Below are positions 16,425-26,190 of a DNA stretch of 64,000 nucleotides, piece by piece (within the stretch, counting starts at the first letter, position 1; every line of letters begins with the position of its first letter). Made by a program: the position numbers and the translations under genes. Source of the stretch: a virus (Duplodnaviria; Caudoviricetes). The notes under the pieces are model-generated. The model had not been told where the DNA came from. It saw nothing but the letters and a program-made list of their open reading frames with translations, and made no database searches. The stretch is taken from IMG/VR virus record IMGVR_UViG_2865671049_000004, positions 1-64,000 of that record. One strand, written 5' to 3'.

Positions 16425-16931
16425 GTGCACCGTGCCGCACCCATCGCCCTCGCCGCCTACATCGCCACCATCCCCACCGCCAACTGGGCCGTGCAGCACT
16501 ACGGCATGGTCCCCGTCGGCCTCGGCTACCTCGCCCCCGCCGGCGTCTACCTCGTCGGCGCCGCCCTCGTCCTTCGCGACCTCGCCCGCGAGAGCGCCGG
16601 ACGCTGGCCCGTCGCCGCCGCCATCACCGTCGGAGCCGCCCTCTCCTGGTGGCTCGCCACCCCCGCCCTCGCCCTCGCCAGCTGCGCGGCGTTCGCCCTC
16701 TCCGAAGCCCTCGACATGGCCGTCTACGAGCCGCTCCGCCGACGCGGCCTCCTGGTGGCGATGGCCGCCTCCAACGCGGTCGGCCTGGCCGTCGACAGCC
16801 TGCTGTTCCTGTGGCTCGCCTTCGGATCGCTGCAGTTCCTGCCCGGACAGCTCCTCGGCAAGACGTGGATGACCCTCACCGCCATCGCCACCATCTCCCT
16901 GTGGCGCCGCACCCGAACGGCCACCGCATGA
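16425..16931 (+). CDS. VUT family (queuosine-precursor-type) transporter
   Basis: ANW, PAG, LRD, AF..SE..D, SN..G..VDS..F..LAF motifs; multi-TM. Confidence 0.85.
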   Translation: MHRAAPIALAAYIATIPTANWAVQHYGMVPVGLGYLAPAGVYLVGAALVLRDLARESAGRWPVAAAITVGAALSWWLATPALALASCAAFALSEALDMAVYEPLRRRGLLVAMAASNAVGLAVDSLLFLWLAFGSLQFLPGQLLGKTWMTLTAIATISLWRRTRTATA

Positions 16932-17689
16932 AGTTCTACCTCGGCACCCACATGCCCAACTGGCTCGCCACCGCCGGCGTCCCCCTCTTCATCTCCCGCA
17001 ACCGCCTCAAAACCCGCCGCACCTTCCCCCGCGCCATCGCCCCCTGGGCCCTCGACTCCGGCGGCTTCACCGAACTCATGCAGCACGGCCGGTGGACGAT
17101 CACCCCCGAGCAGTACGTCACTGAAGTCCGCCGCTACCAGGACGCCATCGGCCAGCTCGACTGGGCCGCCCCCATGGACTGGATGTGCGAACCGTGGGTC
17201 ATCGAAGGCGGCCAACACGGCCCCCTCACCTTCACCGGAACCGGCCTCACCGTCGCCGAACACCAGCGCCGCACCGTCGACAACCTGATCGAACTGCGGG
17301 CCCTCGCACCAGACCTGCCGTTCATCCCCGTCCTTCAAGGCTGGACCCTCGCCGACTACGAGCACTGTGCGCAGCTATACGCGGACGCCGGCATCGACCT
17401 CGCCGCCGAGCCCGTTGTCGGCCTCGGCTCCGTCTGCCGACGCCAAGCCACCACGGAAATCGGCGACATCGTCACCCTGTTCACCAGCCGCGGCCTGCGC
17501 CTACACGGCTTCGGCGTGAAAACCCGCGGGCTCGCCGACTACGGCGACGACCTCGGGTCTGCCGACTCGATGGCCTGGTCGCTGGCCGCCCGCCGCTCCG
17601 CCCCGCTGGCCGGCCACACGCACAAGAACTGCGCGAACTGCCCCGACTGGGCCCTCGCCTGGCGCCGGCGGATCCTCGCCGCCGCCTGA
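16928..17689 (+). CDS. TGT-like / DpdA-like deazaguanine DNA transglycosylase
   Basis: LDSGGF, PVLQG, VGLGSVC, LHGFG, SADSMAWS; ATGA-coupled to VUT. Confidence 0.8.
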   Translation: MKFYLGTHMPNWLATAGVPLFISRNRLKTRRTFPRAIAPWALDSGGFTELMQHGRWTITPEQYVTEVRRYQDAIGQLDWAAPMDWMCEPWVIEGGQHGPLTFTGTGLTVAEHQRRTVDNLIELRALAPDLPFIPVLQGWTLADYEHCAQLYADAGIDLAAEPVVGLGSVCRRQATTEIGDIVTLFTSRGLRLHGFGVKTRGLADYGDDLGSADSMAWSLAARRSAPLAGHTHKNCANCPDWALAWRRRILAAA

Positions 17690-17748
17690 CCCGCCCCCGG
17701 CCGGGCGGCCACCACCGCCCGGCCCCACCGACACCCCAGGAGAACCCG

Positions 17749-18093
17749 ATGTCCACCGCACTCACCCCCGCCGACCTCGTCCGCGACGCCGAGGACAGCC
17801 TTACGGCCGCCCGCTTCGCCGAGACCCTCCTCGCCAAGTACCCCGACCTGCCCATCGCCCGGATGCACGCCGTCGGCGTCGACGGCGAGGAGCAGGTCGG
17901 CCCCCTGCTGGAGATCCAGGTCGGCGACGACCCCGAGGCCGTCGCCAAGTGGGCGGCCGAGGTCGGCGTCAGCGTCGAGCAGGGCCCGTTCCTCAGCCTC
18001 ACCCAGCACCGCGCGACCACCGTCGTCGACGGCGTCACGGTCATGGTCACCGCGTACGAGGAGCACGAGGACGAGGACGACGAGCAGTACTGA
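17749..18093 (+). CDS. hypothetical protein
   Basis: AGGAG RBS; acidic tail. Confidence 0.65.
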   Translation: MSTALTPADLVRDAEDSLTAARFAETLLAKYPDLPIARMHAVGVDGEEQVGPLLEIQVGDDPEAVAKWAAEVGVSVEQGPFLSLTQHRATTVVDGVTVMVTAYEEHEDEDDEQY

Positions 18094-18144
18094 CCGCCTG
18101 CCGCCGCACCCCGGCGGCCGACCCCACCCCCGAAGGAGAGCACC

Positions 18145-18585
18145 GTGACCGAGAACCCGATCCTCGACTACCTCAACACCCTGCCGCCCGTCGCCGTCGC
18201 CCCGTTCGTCCTCCGCCGCACCGAAGACGTCACCGGCGTCTCCGGTACCGGCATCGTCGCCGACGGCGCCCTCTTCCCCGCTGCTGGCCAGAACAAGGCT
18301 GTCGTCCGCTGGCGCGGCGAGCGCGGATCCACCGTCGTCTGGGACCGCATTCAGCACGTCAAGGAGATCCACGGCCACGACGGCCGCACGACTGTCGAGC
18401 TGATCCCCGTCGGCGAGTTGATCGCCGCGCTCAAGGCCGTCGTCAGCCTTCCGTCCGCACCCGTCTACTCCGACCACCCCGGGCACATCGCCACCGTCAC
18501 CGGCTACAACACCGCACTCAGCGACGTTCGCACGGCGATCATCCTCGCGATCGAGGCCCTGCACGACCACGACGAGGCCCTGTGA
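18145..18585 (+). CDS. hypothetical protein
   Basis: F.L.R.EDVTGVSGTG.VA.G motif common in phages. Confidence 0.7.
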   Translation: MTENPILDYLNTLPPVAVAPFVLRRTEDVTGVSGTGIVADGALFPAAGQNKAVVRWRGERGSTVVWDRIQHVKEIHGHDGRTTVELIPVGELIAALKAVVSLPSAPVYSDHPGHIATVTGYNTALSDVRTAIILAIEALHDHDEAL

Positions 18586-18641
18586 TCGAACCGCCCGCGC
18601 CCGACGACCAGCCCATCCCCTGCTGAAGGAGCACCCACCCC

Positions 18642-18797
18642 ATGCCCGTCTTCATCCTCGGCCTGCTGCTCGGCGGCGTATCCGGCGTCGGCACCTACAT
18701 CCTCACCGCTGACGGCTCGCTGTCCGCCCTCGTGGCCGCCGCCGTCGCTGTCTGCTGCTGGCTCGGCATCGCCGCCGTCCTGTTCATCGACGACTGA
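18642..18797 (+). CDS. small 2-TM membrane protein
   Basis: AAGGAG RBS; MPVFILGLLLGG...AVLFIDD. Confidence 0.6.
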   Translation: MPVFILGLLLGGVSGVGTYILTADGSLSALVAAAVAVCCWLGIAAVLFIDD

Positions 18798-18877
18798 CCG
18801 CCACCGCCCGGGCCGGCTGCCCCCGCGACAGCCAGCCCGGCCCCACCTCCTAACCACCTCCTGACCGAGGAGCCACC

Positions 18878-19531
18878 GTGCCCGACCAGACCCCCGAGCC
18901 CATCGTTCCCGCCTCGATCGTCGACCTGTGGAACCGCTTCGGCTGGCCCGACGAGGACACGCTCGCCGCGATGGCCACGCCCGTTGACCCCCTGCTGACC
19001 AAGGAGCCCGCCGTGCCGGAGCCGACCGACCCGTTCGCTGCCACCCAAGCGCCGCTCGACGTCATCCACGCCGCCGCCACAACCCTCGCCACCGCCGACC
19101 ACCTGACGCTCGACCGCGACGGCGTTCACGCCCTGACCGTCCTGCTGCGCGTCACCGCATGGCAGGCGGAGTCCAACCCCTTCGCAGCCGTGGAAGCCCT
19201 CGCCGTCGCCCGTGCCGTGCTCGGCGGGTGCCGAATGAGCGCCGGCGCCAGCGTCCCCGACTGGCTCGTCGACTACTTCACGCGGCGAGAGGCCGGCCGG
19301 GCCCAAGCCGTCGCCACTGTCCTCACTGGCCTGACCGAGCGGGAGCTGCTGCTCGTCATGGAAGCGGCCGTCATGGGCTGGGTACAGGGCCAGCGGCATC
19401 ACGACCTTCCGGTCCCCGGGAACCGGAAGATCCTGACCTCGGTCGTGGACGCCTGCCTCAGCTTCGCGGACATCTATCCGACGATCAGCGGCTACGTCGA
19501 AGAAGCCGAGGACGACGAGGCCGCCGAGTGA
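18878..19531 (+). CDS. hypothetical protein (possible fusion of two small genes)
   Basis: GAGGAG RBS; internal MSAGASVP segment. Confidence 0.6.
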   Translation: MPDQTPEPIVPASIVDLWNRFGWPDEDTLAAMATPVDPLLTKEPAVPEPTDPFAATQAPLDVIHAAATTLATADHLTLDRDGVHALTVLLRVTAWQAESNPFAAVEALAVARAVLGGCRMSAGASVPDWLVDYFTRREAGRAQAVATVLTGLTERELLLVMEAAVMGWVQGQRHHDLPVPGNRKILTSVVDACLSFADIYPTISGYVEEAEDDEAAE

Positions 19532-19755
19532 CCGGGCCCGAGCTGGCCGGCCTGCTGGTCGTCCTTACCGCCATCACCGCCGCCGTCCTCGGCACCCTCG
19601 GTTGGGACCTGCGGCGCACCATCCGCTCCGCCGAGACCACCACCGAGACCGCCCTCGCCGCCCGATGCGCCGCCGCCGCCGAACAGGCCGAGCTGCAGCT
19701 CATGGCCGACGCCATCAGATCCGGCCTCATCTACCCCGGAGAGGAAACCCAGTGA
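19528..19755 (+). CDS. small membrane-anchored protein
   Basis: GTGA overlap. Confidence 0.55.
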   Translation: MTGPELAGLLVVLTAITAAVLGTLGWDLRRTIRSAETTTETALAARCAAAAEQAELQLMADAIRSGLIYPGEETQ

Positions 19756-20039
19756 CCGCCTTTCCCGCAGTCCAAGGCCACTGCCCCGCCTGCTCCCGCA
19801 GCACGCTGATCCTCGGCGCCGGCGGGTACGTCACCTGCGCCCACCTCGACTGCCCCAGCCCGACCGCGGCCAGCGACCTGCTGGACCGGCCGGGTGCAGC
19901 CGACATCGTGCACACCCTCCGCAACGCCCACGTAGGCCCGAACGAGGCTGATGGCATCGAAGCCGCGATCGACATTCTCACCGGCGAACGCCCCGCCCAA
20001 AGGCCCAAGCGCAACCGGCCGACCAGGAGGAAGCCGTGA
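19752..20039 (+). CDS. hypothetical zinc-binding protein
   Basis: CPAC...GYVTCAHLDC. Confidence 0.6.
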   Translation: MTAFPAVQGHCPACSRSTLILGAGGYVTCAHLDCPSPTAASDLLDRPGAADIVHTLRNAHVGPNEADGIEAAIDILTGERPAQRPKRNRPTRRKP

Positions 20040-20314
20040 CCCGCGCCGAAGTCCTCGCCAAGGCCATCGAGTGGGCCGCCAAGGCCGAAGACGCCGAAGC
20101 CACCCGGAACCACCACATCCGCGAGGCAGACCGCAACGCCCGCATCAAGTACTGCGAGCACCACGTCGCCACCCACCGCGCCAGAGCCGACGATGCCGCC
20201 GCAGAACGGCAGACCTCCATCGACATGGCCGCCATGTGGACCGCCATCGCTGCTGCCCTGCCCGGACCACAGCCCTACATCGCGTTCACCACCCCCGAGG
20301 AGCCGACCCCGTGA
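20036..20314 (+). CDS. hypothetical protein
   Basis: GTGA overlap. Confidence 0.6.
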   Translation: MTRAEVLAKAIEWAAKAEDAEATRNHHIREADRNARIKYCEHHVATHRARADDAAAERQTSIDMAAMWTAIAAALPGPQPYIAFTTPEEPTP

Positions 20315-20712
20315 GCTCTCAGCCCCGCTCCAGCCACCGCATCAGCGGCCCCGCCCTGTGGCACATCCTCGACATCCAGCGGCAGGCCCGGCGCCTCTCC
20401 TGGCGAGGCGTCGCCCGCGAGACCGGCACCGCCACCGGCTCCCTGTTCACCCGCCTCCAGCGCGACGACATCAGCCTCCACGGTGACAGCCTCGTCAGCC
20501 TGCTCGTCTGGCTCGGCCTCGACGAGCAGATCCGCCCGCTCATCGTGGCTACGGGCAGCACCACCGCGCCTGGCCCCGAGACCGAGCCCCCTGGGATAGC
20601 TGTGCTCGTCCACATTCTGCGGAACAGCAAGGTCTCGCATCTGCAGCGCGCGTTCCGCGAGTGCGACATGAAGATCACATTCGACGCCACCCCGGAGGAG
20701 CCGACCTCGTGA
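20311..20712 (+). CDS. XRE-like HTH protein
   Basis: LSWRGVARETGTATGSLFTRL. Confidence 0.6.
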   Translation: MSSQPRSSHRISGPALWHILDIQRQARRLSWRGVARETGTATGSLFTRLQRDDISLHGDSLVSLLVWLGLDEQIRPLIVATGSTTAPGPETEPPGIAVLVHILRNSKVSHLQRAFRECDMKITFDATPEEPTS

Positions 20713-21128
20713 GCCTCCTCACCGCCCGTCAGCTGCAGATCCTCACCCGGGTGGCCGAGGGTGACAGCAACCCGCAGATCGCGAAGCGCTACGACCTGGC
20801 CCTCGGTACCGTCGCCACCCACCTCGTGAAGATCCGCGCGCGGCTCGGCGCCCGGGACCGAGCGCACGCCGTTCACCTCGCGCACGAGGCTGGCCTGCTC
20901 GGACGCAAGCCCCGCCGCCCCAGCGCCCAGCAGGTGAGCATCCTCGCTCTCGCTGGCGACGGGCTCTCGAACGCCCAGATCGCCGAGGGGCTGGGCCTGC
21001 CCGTCCACGTGGTCAAGAACTCCCTCCACAAGACGTTCCTGCTGCTCGGCGTTGCTCGCCGGGCGGATGCCATCGACGCCGCCCGACGGGCCGGCCTCAT
21101 CCCCACCCCCCTGAGGAGCGCCGCATGA
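20709..21128 (+). CDS. tandem LuxR HTH regulator
   Basis: LT.RQLQIL..GDSN.QIA and Q..IL..GLSN.QIA. Confidence 0.85.
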   Translation: MSLLTARQLQILTRVAEGDSNPQIAKRYDLALGTVATHLVKIRARLGARDRAHAVHLAHEAGLLGRKPRRPSAQQVSILALAGDGLSNAQIAEGLGLPVHVVKNSLHKTFLLLGVARRADAIDAARRAGLIPTPLRSAA

Positions 21129-21814
21129 CCGAGCCCACCACCGACCTCGCCGCCCTGCTCGGCCAACGCGTCACCGTCACCGGCCCCAACGGCAGCACGT
21201 GGGCCGGCACCCTCACAGCCCTCGCCGACCAGCCGACTGCCGTCATCGACCGACCCGACGGTGGACGCGTCTCCCTGCCGCAGAGCTACACGTACACCGT
21301 GGTGTCCCGCCCGGAGGACGAACTCCGCGAGCAGCTGGCCGCCGCCGAAGCCCGCATCGCCGCCGCCCGGGCGCTGCACTATGCCGAGGGTTCCCAGTGG
21401 GGCGGCCTGCAGTGCTACCTGTGCCGCGACCCGTACCCGTGCGCCACGGTGACCGCGCTCGACACCTCGACCGCCGCCTTCGCCCTGCCTGTCGACGTCC
21501 TCGGCGCGCTCGTTCGAATCGCCCGCCACGTTTCCGCTGGCCGTGACGCTGTCGGCGCCCAGGAGCCGTACCCGGACGTGGCCGCCCGGTGGGCGCTGGG
21601 CCGGCTCGACGACGTCGGGCTCCTTGCTCGGCTCGACGGTCACACCTGCGCGGATGGTGAGCCGTGTCCGGCTCATGACGAGATCGCCGACACCCCGGCC
21701 GCACCGTGCGACCACCGGAACCCGAAGCGCCTCGCCTGTCGGCCCCTCGACCTCGCCGTCGTCTGCGCCTGCGGCACCGAGGTCACAGCCGGTCTCCGAC
21801 CGCACCGGCGCTGA
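21125..21814 (+). CDS. hypothetical protein
   Basis: ATGA overlap; Cys motifs. Confidence 0.6.
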   Translation: MTEPTTDLAALLGQRVTVTGPNGSTWAGTLTALADQPTAVIDRPDGGRVSLPQSYTYTVVSRPEDELREQLAAAEARIAAARALHYAEGSQWGGLQCYLCRDPYPCATVTALDTSTAAFALPVDVLGALVRIARHVSAGRDAVGAQEPYPDVAARWALGRLDDVGLLARLDGHTCADGEPCPAHDEIADTPAAPCDHRNPKRLACRPLDLAVVCACGTEVTAGLRPHRR

Positions 21815-21934
21815 CCTGGCAGTAACGATGTGGCAGCCTCGCGTGACGGCCCGAATCGTTCCTGCCGACCGGGCCATTTTCCGTGACCTTTTCGGGCTCT
21901 GGCCGGGCATTTACCAGCTCTGTACAACGGACTC

Positions 21935-22132
21935 ATGACCAACCCCGAGTACTTCCCGATCAGCGCCGCGCACCTGCGGAACTTCTTCGACGCCGACGGC
22001 AAGCCCCTTGCCGGGCGGAGCAAGTGTCCGACGTGCGGCAAGACCGTCTTGTTCCAGCTGGACTTCTCGAACGGGCAGGTGATGCGGTTCCGCAGTCCCT
22101 GCCACGCCTTTGAGGTGCCGACGCCCAGTTGA
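21935..22132 (+). CDS. small zinc-ribbon protein
   Basis: CPTCGK. Confidence 0.5.
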   Translation: MTNPEYFPISAAHLRNFFDADGKPLAGRSKCPTCGKTVLFQLDFSNGQVMRFRSPCHAFEVPTPS

Positions 22133-22223
22133 TCGTTGGCGTTCCTCAACGCGCCCGACCGCTTTGGTCGGGCGCTTTCGCGTGTCAGGTCCGGTGGAAC
22201 GGTGGACTCGGTACGCTCTGCCG

Positions 22224-22583
22224 GTGACTGAGACACCTGCTTCGTTCGCTGCCCTGCGTGCTGCCACCGACGCCAATGGCGGTGTTCATCGGACGACCGT
22301 TCGGACGCTTCGCAACCTGGTTGGCCAGTCCCGGATGAGTCGGGGCGTAGCGGAGAAGATCGAGCTGAACCTCAACGCGGTGGGGTTGCGGTACCTGCCG
22401 CCGCAGATTCCTGAGGGGCAGGACGACGTGGTGGTGCTGCACACTGACGCCGAGGGGCTGGCTTCGGTGATCAGCCTGGTGCGGCGGATGGCTGCTGCGC
22501 CCGCGGATGATCGTCGGTCGGTGATGACTGCTTCGCAGTTGAGCTGGGAGTTGCGGCGGTTGCAGGGTGGGGCCGGCTCGTAG
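22224..22583 (+). CDS. hypothetical protein
   Basis: GTG start; followed by a hairpin. Confidence 0.55.
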   Translation: MTETPASFAALRAATDANGGVHRTTVRTLRNLVGQSRMSRGVAEKIELNLNAVGLRYLPPQIPEGQDDVVVLHTDAEGLASVISLVRRMAAAPADDRRSVMTASQLSWELRRLQGGAGS

Positions 22584-22589
22584 GTGTGC

Positions 22590-22624
22590 GTGTGCCCCGC
22601 CGGCTTGGGTCCGGCGGGGCACAC
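22590..22624. terminator. GC hairpin, probable terminator
   Basis: gtgtgccccgccgg-N7-ccggcggggcacac. Confidence 0.65.
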
Positions 22625-22875
22625 GTGGTCGTCTGCGGGCGGCCTGTTCCGGGTGATCGCGCCAAGGGGGCCGATGACGTGATCAGGCGGGGTTGCGGCA
22701 GGTCATGCCGGGCCTGTCCGGGGAGACGACGCCCTCGGCCTGGGAGGCCGCCGAGGGCTGCGGCCGGCGGGCACTGACCGCGGTCTCACGGTAGACCTGC
22801 CGGGCCGGTTCCGGAAGTCTTGACTCCGCTCTCTTCGGGGCCCATGCTGACCGTCCCTCACGAAGGAGGTCACCG

Positions 22876-23172
22876 GTGCCGGAGATGTATGTCGGAGACC
22901 CGAAGGACTGGCCGCCGTGCACGCGGTGCGGTCGGGAACTGCTGTACTCCCTGCATGTGTCGCTGGGCGACGGCGTCCAGTTGGAGCTCTGCCAGTTGTG
23001 CGACGTGGAGGTTCCGTATGCCGCGGAGCTGGTGATGATGCTGGCGACCGGTTTGATCGCTGCGGAGCGGGTGCAGCCGGCGTTGACGGTGTGGATGCAC
23101 GGGGCGATGGCCGCCCGTGGCTGGTACCACCATCCTCATGGCGAGCGTGTGGACGAGGGCCCGGTGTCATAG
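22876..23172 (+). CDS. zinc-binding hypothetical protein
   Basis: AAGGAGG RBS; CTRC...CQLC. Confidence 0.65.
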   Translation: MPEMYVGDPKDWPPCTRCGRELLYSLHVSLGDGVQLELCQLCDVEVPYAAELVMMLATGLIAAERVQPALTVWMHGAMAARGWYHHPHGERVDEGPVS

Positions 23173-23451
23173 GCCGGGCAGCGTGTCCTGGTCGATGTCG
23201 TGGCGGGCGGTGTGGCCGATGTGGTCTCAGCATTCGGGGCCCAGGCGGAGCAGCCGGGATTCCGGGTCGTGGAGTGCCCGTTTGCAGCGGCGGCAGGTGA
23301 CGCGGACGGTGAGCTGCCCCTGCGCCGGGAATAGATCCACTGGATGACTGCCCATCAAACATCGCAATATCGAATAGAATTGGAGGGCAAGCGAGCCCCC
23401 GAATGGTCACACATTCGAGGGCTCTGCGATCACCTATATCGGAGGTGTCGC

Positions 23452-24000
23452 ATGAGTGAGCGTACCTGCTCCATGCGCGGATGTACGAACAAGCACTGCG
23501 CTCGCGGTCTGTGCCAGCAGCACTACAGGCAGGCGCGAGCCAAAGGATTCCCTCCTGAACAGCTGGCGCTTCCTGCACCCAATGTGCACTCTATAAGCAA
23601 TCCTGACGTGGAAGCCCGAACCGGGGACTGCTCGACCTGTGGTCCTGGAGTTCGCATCCGAGTGGGTAACGGCCAGCGAGGCAACGAGTGCATTACCAAG
23701 CGGTACCAAGATAACCGTCGCATGAACGGCGTACGGGATCGGACGACCTACCGCAGGAAATCGCACCTGCGAGCCAAGTACGGGCTAGAACCGCATGAGT
23801 ACACCGCCATGGTCGAGGAGCAGCGGGGCCTGTGCCTGATCTGCGAGACCCCTCAGGAAAAGCTTGTCGTGGATCACGACCATCAGACGGGGAAGGTGCG
23901 AGGGCTCCTATGCAATTCGTGCAATGCCGCGCTGGGATTCCTTCGCGATAGACCAGAAGTTGCTTTGGCTGCAGCGCGATACCTTCTGGATCGAAGTTGA
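23452..24000 (+). CDS. endonuclease VII / HNH-family nuclease
   Basis: CLIC..VDHDHQTGKVRGLLCNSCNAALG; GGAGG RBS. Confidence 0.88.
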   Translation: MSERTCSMRGCTNKHCARGLCQQHYRQARAKGFPPEQLALPAPNVHSISNPDVEARTGDCSTCGPGVRIRVGNGQRGNECITKRYQDNRRMNGVRDRTTYRRKSHLRAKYGLEPHEYTAMVEEQRGLCLICETPQEKLVVDHDHQTGKVRGLLCNSCNAALGFLRDRPEVALAAARYLLDRS

Positions 24001-24009
24001 CTTGCAGGG

Positions 24010-24255
24010 TCACAGTCTCGGGGCCTTCTCGGTGAGGGCGTAGAAGCGGCGTGCCGGCCTGCTCGGGTGCGGGCCGGTTTCCTCCGTGACGCTGAGCCAG
24101 CCGGCCTCGGAGAGGCGGCGGAGCAGCGGGTACAGGGTGCCGGTGCCGAGGCCGGTGTCCGTGGCGATCTGCAGGCCGTAGGCCGGCTCGTCCCGCCGGG
24201 CAAGGTCGGCGAGGACGATGCGCACCGGGGTGGTGAGCCGCGGGCGGCCCGTCAT
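24010..24255 (-). CDS. PadR-like wHTH regulator
   Basis: YGLQI..GTLYPLL.RL..GWL..RRFYALT. Confidence 0.8.
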   Translation of the reverse strand: MTGRPRLTTPVRIVLADLARRDEPAYGLQIATDTGLGTGTLYPLLRRLSEAGWLSVTEETGPHPSRPARRFYALTEKAPRL

Positions 24256-24452
24256 GAGGACTGCAGGCGGGCGAGTTCGGCTTCGAGCTGAGCGATACGG
24301 CGGGCTGCGTCGGCCGGGGAGAGGACTTCCTGCAGCGGGGTGCCGGGCGGCAGGCAGTCGGGGTGCCAGAGGCGGCCGTCGGCACCCGCCTTCCAGAGGC
24401 GCAGGGGGCGGTCGCAGTTGGCGGCGCAGGTACGGGCGGGAAGGGCGCTCAC
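24252..24452 (-). CDS. hypothetical protein
   Basis: Overlap-coupled. Confidence 0.5.
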   Translation of the reverse strand: MSALPARTCAANCDRPLRLWKAGADGRLWHPDCLPPGTPLQEVLSPADAARRIAQLEAELARLQSS

Positions 24453-24889
24453 TTGGCTACCTCCGGGTCGATGATGTCGGCGGTCATGCCGACGCATCGG
24501 TTCCAGCGTGATGCGTCGTAGGAGCGGCCGGGGGCGTGCATCTCGCGGCGTTGCTGCTCGGCCAGTTGGTGGGCGAAGGCGAGTAGCGCGGAGGCGAGCG
24601 CGGACTGGTGGTGGTCGGTGAAGTACGCCTGCCAGCCCGGGCCGATCTCCTGCCGCGCGTGGTCGTAGGTGACCTTGTAGGAGGCCCAGGCTGCTTCGAA
24701 CGCGCCGGTGTCGTCGGCGCGCATCTCCTGGATTCGTTCGAGGTGCTGGGCTTCGGTGAGGCGCCGGCATTCTGCGCAGGGGACGCCTGCGGGGTGGCCG
24801 ATGGAGCGGCAGGGGCGTGTGCCGTCGGGCATCTGCTCGTGCTGGTCCGGGTGGTGGCCGCAGCCGATGCACATGGTCTCGCTGCTCAC
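24449..24889 (-). CDS. hypothetical protein
   Basis: Overlap-coupled; Cys motifs. Confidence 0.6.
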   Translation of the reverse strand: MSSETMCIGCGHHPDQHEQMPDGTRPCRSIGHPAGVPCAECRRLTEAQHLERIQEMRADDTGAFEAAWASYKVTYDHARQEIGPGWQAYFTDHHQSALASALLAFAHQLAEQQRREMHAPGRSYDASRWNRCVGMTADIIDPEVAK

Positions 24890-25308
24890 TGCTGCTCCTC
24901 GATGGTGGGCCAGTCCCGTTCGGCGCGGGCGAGCGCGTCGTCCGGGATCGGCCCGTAGGTGACGTCGAGGTGGTCGAGGAGCTCGCCGAGCTTCTCGTTG
25001 TCGAGTGTGATGGCCACGAGGTCGACGCGCTTCGGGTCGTTCCGGTCGCTGACCAGTGCTTTCCCCTCCCCCGGGTATTCGCGGCCAGCGGCGAGGGCAT
25101 CACGTGCCTTCTGTGCTTCGGCGATGAACTTGTCGAGGGCGTACAGGGCGTTCTGCTGGGTGCTGGGGTCGCTGTACTCGGTGTCGGCGTCAATACGCCA
25201 GCCGTCGCACTGGTTGGGCAGGCTGACCTTCCAGCCGGGCTTGTTGTCTTCGTCGAGCCAGGGTTCGTCGACGTATTCGACGGTGAAGCCAAAGACAGGC
25301 TTGCTCAT
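24886..25308 (-). CDS. hypothetical protein
   Basis: MSKPVFG start with AAGGAG RBS. Confidence 0.6.
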   Translation of the reverse strand: MSKPVFGFTVEYVDEPWLDEDNKPGWKVSLPNQCDGWRIDADTEYSDPSTQQNALYALDKFIAEAQKARDALAAGREYPGEGKALVSDRNDPKRVDLVAITLDNEKLGELLDHLDVTYGPIPDDALARAERDWPTIEEQQ

Positions 25309-25541
25309 CCGCTGATCTCCTTCTCGCAGGTACCGCAGAGGGGGTGGTCGCCGGGTGTGGCGCCGTAGTTGCCGCAACGCTGGCACTCGGTGTTGGCGTG
25401 GGCACTGTCGACGGCTTTGGCGAGGCGGACGACGGTGGCGGCGAGTTCCTCTTCGTCGTGCTCGCGGAAGAGGTGGTCTTCGAGGTCGGTGTCGTCGAGG
25501 AGCTCGTCGGCGTCGCAGTCGGTGACGGGGCAGGGCTTCAC
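25305..25541 (-). CDS. small zinc-finger protein
   Basis: CP..C..HL..H; CQRC. Confidence 0.6.
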   Translation of the reverse strand: MKPCPVTDCDADELLDDTDLEDHLFREHDEEELAATVVRLAKAVDSAHANTECQRCGNYGATPGDHPLCGTCEKEISG

Positions 25542-25903
25542 TGGGTGGCCTCCAGGTCGATGGTGAGTTGGCCGGCGGCGGCGAGTGCGGCTGCGCGGGT
25601 GCGGGCTGCGGTCTCACGGTGGTGCGGACCGTCGTACCGAAGGTGGCAGAGCTGGCACGCCGCAAGGAGGTTCTCGGGTCGAACGTCCCGCGGCTCGTGG
25701 TTGAGGTGGGCGACGGTGAGGACGACCTTCGATCCCGTGACCGGGTTGGGCTGACCGTTGCGGGCTTGGCAGCGGCCGTCGTGGTCGAGGCCGCAGTGCC
25801 CGGTGCATTCACAGCGGCCTGCGGCGCGGTTGGTGCGGATGTCGAGGCTGATGGCCGGCCAGTTCTTCGGGTACCGGTCGCGGTTCTCGGGGCGGATGGG
25901 CAC
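25538..25903 (-). CDS. HNH endonuclease-like protein
   Basis: RA.GRCEC...LTVAHLNH....ENL.A.CQ.CH..YD. Confidence 0.8.
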   Translation of the reverse strand: MPIRPENRDRYPKNWPAISLDIRTNRAAGRCECTGHCGLDHDGRCQARNGQPNPVTGSKVVLTVAHLNHEPRDVRPENLLAACQLCHLRYDGPHHRETAARTRAAALAAAGQLTIDLEATQ

Positions 25904-25917
25904 TGCTGCTCCCTCGG

Positions 25918-26190
25918 TCAGGTGGTGGGCTGGCAGCCGAGCTGGTGACAGTCCTGGTCGCCGCCGCAGGTGGGGCAGGCGTCGGCAGGTCGGCCGATGA
26001 TGGCGCGGGCGAGGGTGACGGTTTCGGGGCCGGCGACACGGTGGAGATGGTCGGGGTCCCAGCCGGTCATCTGGTGCCAGGCGGTGAGCATGTCGGCGAT
26101 GAGGGGGTTGAGGGAAGCGGGGAGGCTGGTGGGGCGTTCTCCGAGTTCGCGGATCGCCGCGGCGAGGGCCTCGGCGTCGGTCACGGTCAT
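25918..26190 (-). CDS. hypothetical protein
   Basis: Coupled to Thg1 stop. Confidence 0.55.
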   Translation of the reverse strand: MTVTDAEALAAAIRELGERPTSLPASLNPLIADMLTAWHQMTGWDPDHLHRVAGPETVTLARAIIGRPADACPTCGGDQDCHQLGCQPTT

